DNA of 45,549 nucleotides from an uncultured Chitinophagales bacterium (GCA_964584555.1 CAZPBT010000002.1:1-45549); one strand, 5' to 3'; shown: positions 1 through 9,488, counted from the stretch's first letter. Notes: a model not told the origin generated them from the letters alone. Made by a program: numbers and translations.

Positions 1-94
1 ATTATACCATATGTTTAGTAAACTAATGCAGAAAGTGAGAATTCAATCTGTTTTTTATTATTCTGAATTCACAGAAATAGCTTAAAATAAGAAT

Positions 95-1219
95 TTATTT
101 CACTTTCACTTTTACTGTTACATTCATCCCGGCTCTCAAGAAGTAATTGTCATTCTTATCATCGTTAATCGTGATACGGACAGGTATGCGTTGTACTACT
201 TTTACAAAATTTCCGGTAGCATTATCAGCAGGCAATAATGAAAATTTTGAGCCGGTAGCAGCTTGTATGGATTCTATTTTTCCTGTGAAAACATGATTTG
301 GATATGCATCAACATCAATTTCAACTGTCTGCCCGATTTTCATATCTTCAATTTGAGTTTCCTTAAAATTAGCGGTTACCCAAAGCTGGTTATCATCTAC
401 AACACTCATCAGGTTTTGTCCGGGATTAACCAGCTGTCCCACTTGTATTCCTTTTTTAGAAATATATCCATCACTCGGAGCAGTGATATAGGCGTATGAC
501 AATTGCAATTTTGCAAAATCAACATCTGCCTGACGTTGCTCTATATTTACATTGGCTACTTCAATCTGAGTTCCCACGCCTGATGCTTGTGTTTTAGCAG
601 CTGATGCCGACTGTTGCGCTACTTTCAATTGTGCTTGCGCAATGCCCAATTGTTTTTCTGCTATTTGGATTTGTTTTTCTGCACTTTGTTTTTCCGTTAA
701 TGCCTGGTCGTATTGCGCCTGAGTGGCAGAGGTCTCATTGAAAAGTTGCTGATAGCGTTTGAAGTTTTCATTAGCATTCCAAGCCCGCACTTTAGCCGAT
801 TCGATATTGGCTTTAGCCGATTCGATATTAGCAAATGCCGTTGTAATTGATGTGGCAGATACTCCTGCTGATGCATCGGCAGTTTGCACATTGCTTTTTA
901 CGACATGTACATTTGCTTGTGCATTTTTTAAGTTGATTTCTGCTTGTTTGAGTTTGATTTTTAAATCGCGGTCATCTAATTTTACTAAAGTATCACCTTT
1001 GTGCACACGTTGATTTTCAATAACATAAATAGCATCAACATATCCGGAGATACGTGCCGCCATAGGCACTATATTTGTTTCCAGTTGCGAGTTGTCAGTG
1101 TCCTCATTATGCATGGCATAGCTGATTTTTTTAACTGCAAAAATTATTGCAGCCACCAGTAATAAGCCACCAATGATTGGCATAATAATTTTTTTTGTTT
1201 TAGATTGTTGTTCTTCCAT
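95..1219 (-). CDS. HlyD-family membrane fusion/secretion protein (EmrA-like, N-terminal TM anchor)
   Basis: 374-aa ORF with ATG at 1217-1219. It has an N-terminal TM helix (IIMPIIGGLLLVAAIIFAV), a lipoyl-like segment (ISGYVDAIYVIENQRVHKGDTLVKLDD), a long Q/A-rich coiled coil and a C-terminal beta-barrel-like end. This is the typical HlyD/EmrA adaptor layout. Confidence 0.8.
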   Translation of the reverse strand: MEEQQSKTKKIIMPIIGGLLLVAAIIFAVKKISYAMHNEDTDNSQLETNIVPMAARISGYVDAIYVIENQRVHKGDTLVKLDDRDLKIKLKQAEINLKNAQANVHVVKSNVQTADASAGVSATSITTAFANIESAKANIESAKVRAWNANENFKRYQQLFNETSATQAQYDQALTEKQSAEKQIQIAEKQLGIAQAQLKVAQQSASAAKTQASGVGTQIEVANVNIEQRQADVDFAKLQLSYAYITAPSDGYISKKGIQVGQLVNPGQNLMSVVDDNQLWVTANFKETQIEDMKIGQTVEIDVDAYPNHVFTGKIESIQAATGSKFSLLPADNATGNFVKVVQRIPVRITINDDKNDNYFLRAGMNVTVKVKVK

Positions 1220-1259
1220 GTTGAAATTTATAATGCGTATTTAAAAATCTTTTTTTCAA

Positions 1260-1961
1260 TTAAGCAAATTTATAATCCTGATTAATGATTTTGCCGTCTT
1301 GCATTTCTATCGTTCTGTCTGATGATTTTGCAAAATCAGTATCATGCGTAACAGCAATAATAGTTTGACCAAATTCTTGTGTGAGTTCTCTGAAAATGGA
1401 AAAGACATTGTCGGTATTCTGACTGTCAAGGTTTCCTGTAGGTTCATCACCCATAATTATTAACGGCTCATTGATTAATGCCCGGGCAATAGCCACGCGC
1501 TGTTGCTGTCCGCCCGAAAGCTTGTTGGCTGGTTTTAATGCTTGTTCTTTCAATCCTAATAATTCAAGTTTTTGATAGGCTTTTGCTTCTATTTCTTGTT
1601 CAGAATACTTACCTAAACGCAAGGCAGGAATCATGACATTTCGAAGACAAGAGAACTCTCCTAAAAGATAGTGGAACTGAAAGACAAAACCGATTTTTTC
1701 ATTCCTGATTTTTGCCAGTTTATCTTGTTTCCATCTCGAAATATCTTGACCGTCTATAATCAAATTGCCATCAAATTCGGTATCCATCGTAGATAAAATA
1801 TATAGTAATGTAGATTTTCCACAGCCGGATTTTCCTATTATAGTTAGGAATTCGCCCTTATAAACATTAAACGAAATATCATCTAATACTTTGAACTTCA
1901 CCGGTTCATAGAAGTATTTGCTGATAGCATGAGTTTGTAATATAATGGACTTGTTTGGCAT
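1260..1961 (-). CDS. ABC transporter ATP-binding protein (MacB/LolD-type)
   Basis: 233 aa with Walker [13 protein letters not shown] signature [15 protein letters not shown], Walker [13 protein letters not shown] and H-loop VTHD. Confidence 0.92.
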   Translation of the reverse strand: MPNKSIILQTHAISKYFYEPVKFKVLDDISFNVYKGEFLTIIGKSGCGKSTLLYILSTMDTEFDGNLIIDGQDISRWKQDKLAKIRNEKIGFVFQFHYLLGEFSCLRNVMIPALRLGKYSEQEIEAKAYQKLELLGLKEQALKPANKLSGGQQQRVAIARALINEPLIIMGDEPTGNLDSQNTDNVFSIFRELTQEFGQTIIAVTHDTDFAKSSDRTIEMQDGKIINQDYKFA

Positions 1962-1966
1962 CAGAT

Positions 1967-2099
1967 ATTGGTCATTGGTTATTGGTTATTGGTCATTAGT
2001 TATTGGTTATTAGTTATTGGTTATTAGTTATTAGTTATTGGTTATTGGTTATTAGTTATTAGTTATTGGTTATTAGTTATTTGTTATTGGTCATTAGTT
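1967..2099. repeat. Tandem array of 19 heptanucleotide units (consensus ATTRGTY), intergenic within the efflux operon
   Basis: Counted by hand in register from 1967: ATTGGTT x7, ATTAGTT x8, ATTGGTC x3, ATTTGTT x1, head to tail with no spacers. It is followed (2100-2160) by further short repeats (TATAATTCA x2, ACATTMA x3, TATTCA x2). Confidence 0.9.
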
Positions 2100-2163
2100 A
2101 TTTATAATTCATAATTTATAATTCAACATTAAACATTCAACATTCATATTCATATTCAATCTG

Positions 2164-3399
2164 TCATTTTCTAAAGATAGCTACGGGGTCTATATTGGCA
2201 GCTTTGCGTGCGGGTATAAATCCTGCAAAAAATGTAACTAAAAAACCGAAGGCAATTCCCAATAAATATTTTTGCAAATTGAAATAAATAGGGAAGTAGC
2301 CGATATCACCGCCTACATATACTTTTTGCATTTGTGATATCATGATTGTTGCGGCTACGCAGCCAATTAAAATTCCAAGTAAACCTATTATTAAAGCTTG
2401 GCCTACAAAAATGCGTATCACATCACGACCACTGAATCCCATGGCTTTCAAAATGGCAATATCATTTATCTTTTGCATGATAGTCATGTTGAGAATATTG
2501 TATATGCCAAATCCGGCTACGAGTAAAATTGAAATAGAAACAAATCGAATGATAATAGCCCTCATGCGTGTGGCAGCCATGTATGTTTCATTTGCAGTTT
2601 CCCAGTCTTCTGACTTATATCCCGTGAGTTGTTCCAGATTTTTTGCATACGTTTTAGCTGTTTTATAGTCTATGAGGTTGACATTGATATCTGTTACATA
2701 AGTTGAGTTCTTTTTAAGAAGTTGCTGTGCGAAAGCTAAGTTGATATAAGACGTGGTTTTATCCACAATTGAATTATTCGTTTTAAAGATGCCGACAATT
2801 TTGCAAACTTTAGTCATACCTGCCGATGAGGTAACTGATATATTATCGCCCACACTTACATTCATTTTTTCTGCTACTCCGCTGCCCAGCAACATGCCAT
2901 TGATATTGCTTTTTAAATTATCGATACTGCCTTCTACAATAAAAGATTGCATGTTGAACATGTTATTTGCTTCATCCGGATAAATGCCTATGGCTTTTCC
3001 ACTGATTTGTGTTTTGGCATTATTGAAAAATATGCCTGCATTAATTTGTGGAGTAACAAAGGCTACTTCAGGCTGATGATTCAATAAATCAATGACTGCT
3101 TTTGGGTTATCTATCGTATTATTAGCGGGCACAATTTTCGGATTAATAATGACCGGAGTCTTATTGGTATTGTTATTTAGCGGTTTTGAAATGACATCGT
3201 CTTTATAAATCCGAATATGTGGAATTGATTTAAAAAAGGACTCGGCTGATTGTTTGTCAAAGCCGGCCATTAGGGTATTCATAAAAACAAATACAGCTAT
3301 ACCCAGCATAACCCCCCATGCAGCAACCAGTGTCATTTTCTTGTTGCTCATAATGTACGTGTACGATATTTCTCCGTTAACCGGGTGCTTGTAAGTCAT
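2164..3399 (-). CDS. ABC transporter permease, FtsX/MacB-type
   Basis: 411 aa with an N-terminal TM (LVAAWGVMLGIAVFVFM), a large periplasmic domain of about 230 aa, then three C-terminal TM helices (FtsX-like topology). The start lies 1 nt after the stop of the upstream adaptor gene. Confidence 0.85.
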   Translation of the reverse strand: MTYKHPVNGEISYTYIMSNKKMTLVAAWGVMLGIAVFVFMNTLMAGFDKQSAESFFKSIPHIRIYKDDVISKPLNNNTNKTPVIINPKIVPANNTIDNPKAVIDLLNHQPEVAFVTPQINAGIFFNNAKTQISGKAIGIYPDEANNMFNMQSFIVEGSIDNLKSNINGMLLGSGVAEKMNVSVGDNISVTSSAGMTKVCKIVGIFKTNNSIVDKTTSYINLAFAQQLLKKNSTYVTDINVNLIDYKTAKTYAKNLEQLTGYKSEDWETANETYMAATRMRAIIIRFVSISILLVAGFGIYNILNMTIMQKINDIAILKAMGFSGRDVIRIFVGQALIIGLLGILIGCVAATIMISQMQKVYVGGDIGYFPIYFNLQKYLLGIAFGFLVTFFAGFIPARKAANIDPVAIFRK

Positions 3400-3400
3400 T

Positions 3401-4546
3401 TTAACGCTGAGGTTTTACAGGTACTAATATATCATTTTCACTGATGCCACTGAGTACTTCCACATATTCAGTAGAAACGATGCCGGGTGTAATGGTCACG
3501 AGTTTGTCATTGCCTTTTACTTGCACTTTATTGCCAAATGTCATGTAATTTCTGGGTATTAAAAGCGCATTCTTTTTTTCTCCTATCAATACATTGGCTT
3601 CCAGCTGTGTGCCGTTTATAGTGAAATCCGGCTTGTCTGCAAATTGTACTTTTACAATAAATGACTGGGATTGTTCATCAAATTGCGGCATAATCTCACT
3701 GATTGCAGCTTGATACTTTTTATTTTTTTGTGTATTGAGCTGAATGGTAACTATTTGCCCTACACGCAGTTTGTCTATCGAGTTTTCATCTACATTGAGC
3801 TTGGCATACAGCAGACCTTCGTTGGCAATTACAGCAATAATATCGCCGCGTCTTACATAATCGCCTACTTGTTTGGTTTTTTTATATACCTTGCCCGGTG
3901 CTACAATTTTCACCTGATTATAAGCTTGAATGGTCTGAGAAACTTTCACTGCATTAGACTGCTGAATGTATTGCTGTTTGCTTTGTTGCTGTACTGATTT
4001 ATATTGTTGTTTTAATGCATTTAATCCGGCTTTAGATGTTTTTACGGCAAGCTGATATTTTTCCAATTCAGCTTTGGTCGCACTGTTTTCATTGTATAAA
4101 TTTTCATAGCGTTTAAGTTGCAATTCATCCTGAGCCAGTTTGTCGTTTGCGGCATCAATATTGGCTTGTATTTGTTGAAGTAAAGGTGCGTTATTACTTA
4201 AATTATATTTCGCTATGTCTAACTGCTCTTGCGCAGTTTGCGTATTGATGTTGTTTTGTTTGTTGTCGATATAAGCAACTATTTGACCGGATGATACTAC
4301 GTTTCCTTCTTTGATATTGAATTGAGTTAAAGTGCCTTCCATTTGAGCCATCAGGTTATACTTATTATCTGACTCTAATGTGCCTGATGCAAATACGATT
4401 TCGTCAATATCTTTTCTTATCGGTTTTACTTCTTTACTTTTATCAGCATTGCATGCATTTAAGATGAAAATATAAAAAAGCAGAATTGCCATTATCTTAT
4501 ATTGCCCTTGCTTCATGTGAATCATTTTTTTTTTCAAACTTTTCAT
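3401..4546 (-). CDS. Efflux transporter periplasmic adaptor subunit (HlyD/MacA-like lipoprotein)
   Basis: 381 aa with a lipoprotein-type signal (LLFYIFILNAC), a lipoyl motif (SGQIVAYID), a coiled-coil hairpin and a beta-barrel C-terminal part. It sits between the TolC-family and FtsX-permease genes. The exact start is ambiguous (M1, M8, M11 or M19). Confidence 0.8.
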   Translation of the reverse strand: MKSLKKKMIHMKQGQYKIMAILLFYIFILNACNADKSKEVKPIRKDIDEIVFASGTLESDNKYNLMAQMEGTLTQFNIKEGNVVSSGQIVAYIDNKQNNINTQTAQEQLDIAKYNLSNNAPLLQQIQANIDAANDKLAQDELQLKRYENLYNENSATKAELEKYQLAVKTSKAGLNALKQQYKSVQQQSKQQYIQQSNAVKVSQTIQAYNQVKIVAPGKVYKKTKQVGDYVRRGDIIAVIANEGLLYAKLNVDENSIDKLRVGQIVTIQLNTQKNKKYQAAISEIMPQFDEQSQSFIVKVQFADKPDFTINGTQLEANVLIGEKKNALLIPRNYMTFGNKVQVKGNDKLVTITPGIVSTEYVEVLSGISENDILVPVKPQR

Positions 4547-4552
4547 GGCATT

Positions 4553-5866
4553 TTATTTTATTTCACCTAAACTTTTTTGTAATTTATAATAGGCAATTGC
4601 TTGATCAGCCTGAGCATTTAATAAGGTTGTTTGCGCTTGCAACAAAAGAATGTCAGCTTCCAACACATCATTTAACAAAGCCAACTGGGCATTGAAACGA
4701 TTATTTAAAATGCGTTTGTTTTCCGTGGCTTGTTCAATCGCTTTTTGCGCTAAATCTATTTTCATTTGTGTCACCTGATAAGCTTTCAAATTGGCATTTA
4801 CTTCCATTTGTATGCCTTCTTTAGCTTGTGCAATGGCATTTTCCAATTGTAATTTCTGATTTTTGCTGTCGTTTACAACAGCTTTTGCCGTATAGGCTTG
4901 CATGATATTCCAGCTTACACTTATCCCCACATCCCATGTTGCCTTAAATTTGTTTTCTTGCGGAAATACACGTTGATTGGGATTGTTGTAATAACCGTTT
5001 CCAATAAAATTTATAGTGGGCATATAAGCACTTTTAGCTGCTTTTACCTGATATGCAGCTGCTTTGTTCTTATATTCTAATGCATTTAATTCAGGGCGAA
5101 CAGCAAATGCCTGATTGTAATCGCCGGAAATTGCCGAATAAGCTGTCATTCCAGGGATATCAGTGACTATTATTTTCGTGTTGCCATCCATACCTAATAA
5201 GATATTCAAATTGTAATTCAGTGTTTGAATATTGCTTTCCACATCAGCAAGACTAACTAACAGATTAGTTTTTTGCAATTCTGCACGCATTACATCATTA
5301 TTTAAAATCAATCCTTCTTTTTTAAATTTTATTAAATCGTTTATACGTACTTGTGTTTGTGCAATGGTAGAATCCAAAAGATTTGATGTTTGCTGCAGCT
5401 TATATAAATTGTAATAGGTTTGTACAATATTCCATTTTAAGTCTTGATTGTCTTTCAGTATGTCATAATCAGCCGCTGTGTTTTGTAATTTAATTGCCTT
5501 TAAATTATTCCAGTTTCTCAATCCCTGAAAAATGGGTTGCTGAACTGAAAAGCGGTTGACAAATTGATTTAATATCTGAGGATTTAAAGCCATACTGCCC
5601 AGACCTGGAACACTGATACTAAAGGGTTCAATATTATTACTCAATCGAGTGTAAGCAGAAGTTAAACCCAATACCGGAAACATGGCATTTTGTGTCTGTT
5701 GCTTTTTTATGGATAATGCTTCTTTTTTTAAACTGTCAAGTTTTACTTGTTTACTGTTTTGTGCTGCTAACTGAAAGGCTTCTTGTAAGCTGATTGTTTT
5801 TGTCTCTTGTCCGAATGCAGATACAGTTACAAACAGGAAGAATAAACTAATGGCGTGCTTTTTCAT
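4553..5866 (-). CDS. TolC-family outer membrane efflux protein
   Basis: 437 aa with a signal peptide (LFFLFVTVSAFGQE) and two repeated halves rich in coiled-coil/beta motifs typical of outer membrane efflux proteins. It lies in the operon with the adaptor and ABC parts. Confidence 0.85.
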   Translation of the reverse strand: MKKHAISLFFLFVTVSAFGQETKTISLQEAFQLAAQNSKQVKLDSLKKEALSIKKQQTQNAMFPVLGLTSAYTRLSNNIEPFSISVPGLGSMALNPQILNQFVNRFSVQQPIFQGLRNWNNLKAIKLQNTAADYDILKDNQDLKWNIVQTYYNLYKLQQTSNLLDSTIAQTQVRINDLIKFKKEGLILNNDVMRAELQKTNLLVSLADVESNIQTLNYNLNILLGMDGNTKIIVTDIPGMTAYSAISGDYNQAFAVRPELNALEYKNKAAAYQVKAAKSAYMPTINFIGNGYYNNPNQRVFPQENKFKATWDVGISVSWNIMQAYTAKAVVNDSKNQKLQLENAIAQAKEGIQMEVNANLKAYQVTQMKIDLAQKAIEQATENKRILNNRFNAQLALLNDVLEADILLLQAQTTLLNAQADQAIAYYKLQKSLGEIK

Positions 5867-5876
5867 TATGATGGAA

Positions 5877-6500
5877 TCAATTTTTAATGATCAAATGGTT
5901 GGTGAGCATTTCGTGAAGATGTGTTTTTAAACGTTTTCTGTTAGTAGTACTGAATATATCTTCAGATTGATGGAGGTCCATAATTCTGCAAGCCATATTA
6001 CCGGATGTAACATACATACGTAAAATTCCAAAAACAGACATTACTGTAAGATTTACGTCTACTTTTTTAAATTCTTTATTTTTTATTCCTTTCTGAATTA
6101 TATCTGCGATAAATTGAAAGTTCTGATGTAAAGCGCTTGCAATTTTATCAGACATTTTAGTTCGTTGGTTGACTGTAATCTCCCGGAAAATGATATTCTG
6201 AAAATTTCTTCTTTCTATGAGTTTATCAAGTAAGATGTCAAGACAAGTAATTAATTGCTGACGATAAGTTGGCAATTTATCCAAGTGCATCTGTAGCTGA
6301 CTTAATGAAATTAATTTACGATTGACAACTTCTTCATATAATTTCTCTTTAGAACCGAAATAATATGAAATCATAGCAATATTAATATCCGCAGCTTTAC
6401 TGATTTCACGGACACTAACGGCCTCAAATCCTTGTTCTGCAAATAAAATTTCCGCAGTATCTAATATTTCATCCCGCTTGTCAGTTGTCTTAATGGACAT
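5877..6500 (-). CDS. TetR/AcrR-family transcriptional regulator
   Basis: N-terminal HTH (FEAVSVREISKAADINIAMISYYFGSKEKLY). The ORF track starts at a GTG (6524). I prefer the ATG at 6498-6500 (MSIKTTDKRDEILD) because the GTG extension would read through the operator-like palindrome. Confidence 0.85.
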   Translation of the reverse strand: MSIKTTDKRDEILDTAEILFAEQGFEAVSVREISKAADINIAMISYYFGSKEKLYEEVVNRKLISLSQLQMHLDKLPTYRQQLITCLDILLDKLIERRNFQNIIFREITVNQRTKMSDKIASALHQNFQFIADIIQKGIKNKEFKKVDVNLTVMSVFGILRMYVTSGNMACRIMDLHQSEDIFSTTNRKRLKTHLHEMLTNHLIIKN

Positions 6501-6502
6501 GG

Positions 6503-6548
6503 TTAAACAATTGTTTAATTTCACAAAGTTAATTAAACGTTTGTTTAA
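6503..6548. promoter_or_regulatory. Two 16-bp TetR-operator-like sites (TTAAAC-N4-GTTTAA)
   Basis: 6503-6518 TTAAACAATTGTTTAA is a perfect palindrome. 6533-6548 TTAAACGTTTGTTTAA has the same half-sites. The centres are 30 bp apart, directly upstream of the tetR ATG, which is the first gene of the efflux operon. Confidence 0.5.
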
Positions 6549-6610
6549 ATGTCAAATTAAATTTTCGTTAAAGCACTATATGTACAAATGAGATTAGGAC
6601 TTAGTAAAAC

Positions 6611-7333
6611 TTATTTTTCAGCATCTTCAGGGTCTTCTTCTTCCTGTGGCAGATTTCGCATTTGACGGAGTATCCAGTTTTTACGTTTTAAAACATAAGC
6701 ATTCGGTTTTCCGGCATTCCATTTTCGTGGATTAGGCAACACCGCTGCAATTTGTGCGCATTCGGCAGCAGTTAGGTCTTTAGCATCTTTTTTAAAATAG
6801 TTTTTAGCAGCAGCCTGGATGCCGTAAATGCCGTCACCCATTTCAATCACATTCAGATACACTTCCATAATGCGGTCTTTGCTCCAGAATATTTCAATCA
6901 ATAACGTGAAATATGCTTCAAAGGCTTTGCGGATATAACTTCTTGCAGGAACTAAAAAAACATTTTTTGCACATTGCTGGCTGATAGTACTTCCACCTTT
7001 TATGGGTTTACCCTTAGCCTTTAGCCTTTCATTTCTTTTCATTGCTTTTTTCATAGCATCCACATCAAATCCAAAATGATTTTGAAATTTCTGGTCTTCA
7101 CCGGCCATTGCTGCAAGTGGCATATCTGGTGAAATTTTATTGAGTCGCTTCCAGTCTTTATCAATTTTAGGCATTTCGCCATGTGCAATTTGTTCAACAG
7201 CTCTTATGACCATAAGCGGTGTACAGGGCACAGGTATAAAACGAAATAAGATGACAGATACTATGCTAAGGATAAAAAAGGCAATCGTGAGCCGTTTTAA
7301 CCATTTCCAGATAAAGTTTAGTGATTTTTTCAT
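6611..7333 (-). CDS. mtgA: Monofunctional biosynthetic peptidoglycan transglycosylase
   Basis: GT51 motifs GEDQKFQNHFGFD and GGSTISQQCAKN, plus an N-terminal TM anchor. I prefer the ATG at 7331-7333 (MKKSLNFIWKWLK) over the upstream M at 7381. Confidence 0.85.
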   Translation of the reverse strand: MKKSLNFIWKWLKRLTIAFFILSIVSVILFRFIPVPCTPLMVIRAVEQIAHGEMPKIDKDWKRLNKISPDMPLAAMAGEDQKFQNHFGFDVDAMKKAMKRNERLKAKGKPIKGGSTISQQCAKNVFLVPARSYIRKAFEAYFTLLIEIFWSKDRIMEVYLNVIEMGDGIYGIQAAAKNYFKKDAKDLTAAECAQIAAVLPNPRKWNAGKPNAYVLKRKNWILRQMRNLPQEEEDPEDAEK

Positions 7334-7389
7334 CTTAATTTCGCCTAAAGTTCCGAAATCCTTTTTAGCTTTCAAAATCAATTACATCC

Positions 7390-8760
7390 ATGGATAATAT
7401 CACACATAAAAAAATGCAAGATTTGCCTTATCCCAACTCTTGGAATATCTTATTTGGAAATCTATTGCAATTACGGGATGAAAGAATAGATTTTTTATTG
7501 AAAAACCGTGAAGAACTCGGTGATATCTATCAAATCAGAGTACCCACAAGAAAAGTGATGGTATTGTCTGATCCGGATTGGGTGAAGTATGTTCTGGTTG
7601 ATAATAATAAAAATTACATTAAAAGTTTCGCTTATGACAGTATCAAAATGTTTTTGGGAAATGGGCTATTGACAAGTGAAGGAGAATTTTGGAAAAGACA
7701 ACGTCGATTGGCTCAGCCGGCTTTTCATAAAGAAAAACTGGCATTGATGTTTAAAAATATGTTGGAGCAAACTCGCCAATCTGTAGATGAGATGAAACCC
7801 TATGCAGCAAGCGGGCAATTGTTTAATTTGAATAAAGTACTCTATAAACTTACCCTTAATGTGGTAAATAATACTTTGTTTTATAATGAAGTGGACAACA
7901 CCACCGACCGGATCTATCATTTAGTATCGAAAGCCAGTGAAATTATTTCACAACGCATTGACAGTTTAGTGCAGTTGCCGGAGTGGATACCTACGCAGCG
8001 CAATTTACATCAAAAGCAGATTATTGCAGAAATGGATGCGCTATTTTATGATGTGATTGAAAGACGGCGCAAAACAAAAGTCGATTTTGAAGATTTATTG
8101 TCAATGCTGATGGATGCTGTTGATGAAGAAACAGGGGAAACGATGAGCAACAAACAGCTACGGGATGAGATTCTGACTATTTTTGTAGCCGGACATGAAA
8201 CAACACAAATTGCATTAGCCTGGACATTTTATCTCTTAGGTCAAAATCCTGAAAAGAAAGCCATCTTACAACGAGAAATAGATGAGCAATTGAAAGGTGA
8301 ATTGCCAACTCCGGAAAATATTAGGGGGCTGCATTATTTAAAAAAGGTCATTGATGAATCTATGCGATGTTTTCCTCCTGCTTGGATTATGGGCAGAAGA
8401 AATGTAGCAACTGACCACATTAACGGATACGAAATTGAACCGGGTACAAATATTATCATGCCCATTTATGTCATTCATCATCGCGAGGATATTTGGGAAA
8501 AGCCATTTGAATTTATTCCGGAACGATTTGAGACGGCAGCGTTAAAAGAAAAACACAAATATGCTTATTTTCCGTTTGGCGGAGGTCCGAGATTGTGTAT
8601 AGGCAATAATTTTGCCCTACAGGAAATGCAAATTGTTATGATACTGTTTATGCAGCATTTTGATTTTCAAATAGATGAACAATTTATACCGGATATGGAA
8701 GCACTCGTTACGCTAAGACAAAAAAATGCATTGTATGCCAGAATAAGGAGGAAGGATTAG
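7390..8760 (+). CDS. Cytochrome P450
   Basis: 456 aa with I-helix AGHETT, ExxR (ESMR) and the heme-thiolate loop FPFGGGPRLCIGNNFA. Confidence 0.92.
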   Translation: MDNITHKKMQDLPYPNSWNILFGNLLQLRDERIDFLLKNREELGDIYQIRVPTRKVMVLSDPDWVKYVLVDNNKNYIKSFAYDSIKMFLGNGLLTSEGEFWKRQRRLAQPAFHKEKLALMFKNMLEQTRQSVDEMKPYAASGQLFNLNKVLYKLTLNVVNNTLFYNEVDNTTDRIYHLVSKASEIISQRIDSLVQLPEWIPTQRNLHQKQIIAEMDALFYDVIERRRKTKVDFEDLLSMLMDAVDEETGETMSNKQLRDEILTIFVAGHETTQIALAWTFYLLGQNPEKKAILQREIDEQLKGELPTPENIRGLHYLKKVIDESMRCFPPAWIMGRRNVATDHINGYEIEPGTNIIMPIYVIHHREDIWEKPFEFIPERFETAALKEKHKYAYFPFGGGPRLCIGNNFALQEMQIVMILFMQHFDFQIDEQFIPDMEALVTLRQKNALYARIRRKD

Positions 8761-8816
8761 TATTAAGTAATAAGTATTAAGAAGAAAGGAATTAGTAATT
8801 AGTATTATTCAGTAAG
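8761..8816. repeat. Degenerate 7-nt-periodic A/T-rich tract (TAWTAAG/TAATTAG units)
   Basis: Read in register from 8761: tattaag taataag tattaag aagaaag gaattag taattag tattatt cagtaag. It starts immediately after the P450 stop codon. Confidence 0.55.
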
Positions 8817-8927
8817 AGGATAAAATTTATGCAGGGATTTTTTTATAAAAGTATAATGACCTATCTGACCTCAAGCACTAATCAATCACCATTAAAAATT
8901 AATCATTCAACATTTAAAATAAAAAAT

Positions 8928-9488
8928 ATGGCTGCAACAGAAACTCTGCGTATACCTTTGGGCTATACAGCACCTGACTTTCAACTTTTAGACACGGTTA
9001 GTGATAAAGTACTTTCCTTACAACAATTGAAAGGAAATGCTGCAACTGTCGTGATGTTTATCTGTAATCATTGTCCTTATGTAAAGCATGTAAACAAACA
9101 AATCGTGCAGCTGGCAAATGACTATCTGCCTAAGGGAGTAGCATTTATTGCAATTTCTTCAAATGATGTGCAAAATTATCCGGATGATGCACCTGACAAA
9201 ATGAAAGAAACTGCAAAAGAAGAAGCATACCCGTTTCCATATCTGTTTGATGAAACTCAAGATACGGCTAAAGCCTATTTTGCAGCCTGTACACCTGATT
9301 TCAGTATTTTTGATGCTGATTTAAGATGTGTATATCGCGGTCAACTGGATGATTCAAGACCTAAAAATGAAATTGCATCGGATGGCAAAGATATCAGAGC
9401 TGCCTTGGATAATTTATTGCAAGGGCTGCCTGTTGCAGAAAAACAAAAACCTAGTTTAGGTTGTAATATTAAATGGAAAACAGCTTAG
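8928..9488 (+). CDS. Thioredoxin-fold thiol-disulfide oxidoreductase (AhpC/TSA-like)
   Basis: CxxC motif CNHCPY with surrounding FPYLFDETQ and CTPDFSIFD segments typical of this family. I prefer the ATG at 8928 (MAATETLRIP); the ORF track begins at 8829. Confidence 0.8.
   Translation: MAATETLRIPLGYTAPDFQLLDTVSDKVLSLQQLKGNAATVVMFICNHCPYVKHVNKQIVQLANDYLPKGVAFIAISSNDVQNYPDDAPDKMKETAKEEAYPFPYLFDETQDTAKAYFAACTPDFSIFDADLRCVYRGQLDDSRPKNEIASDGKDIRAALDNLLQGLPVAEKQKPSLGCNIKWKTA

Noticed and set aside
1967-2099. Heptamer array as a CRISPR-like or coding repeat
   Set aside because: The units are contiguous 7-mers with no spacers and no cas genes are nearby. Stops occur in every frame on the operon strand, so it is neither a CRISPR array nor a coding repeat.
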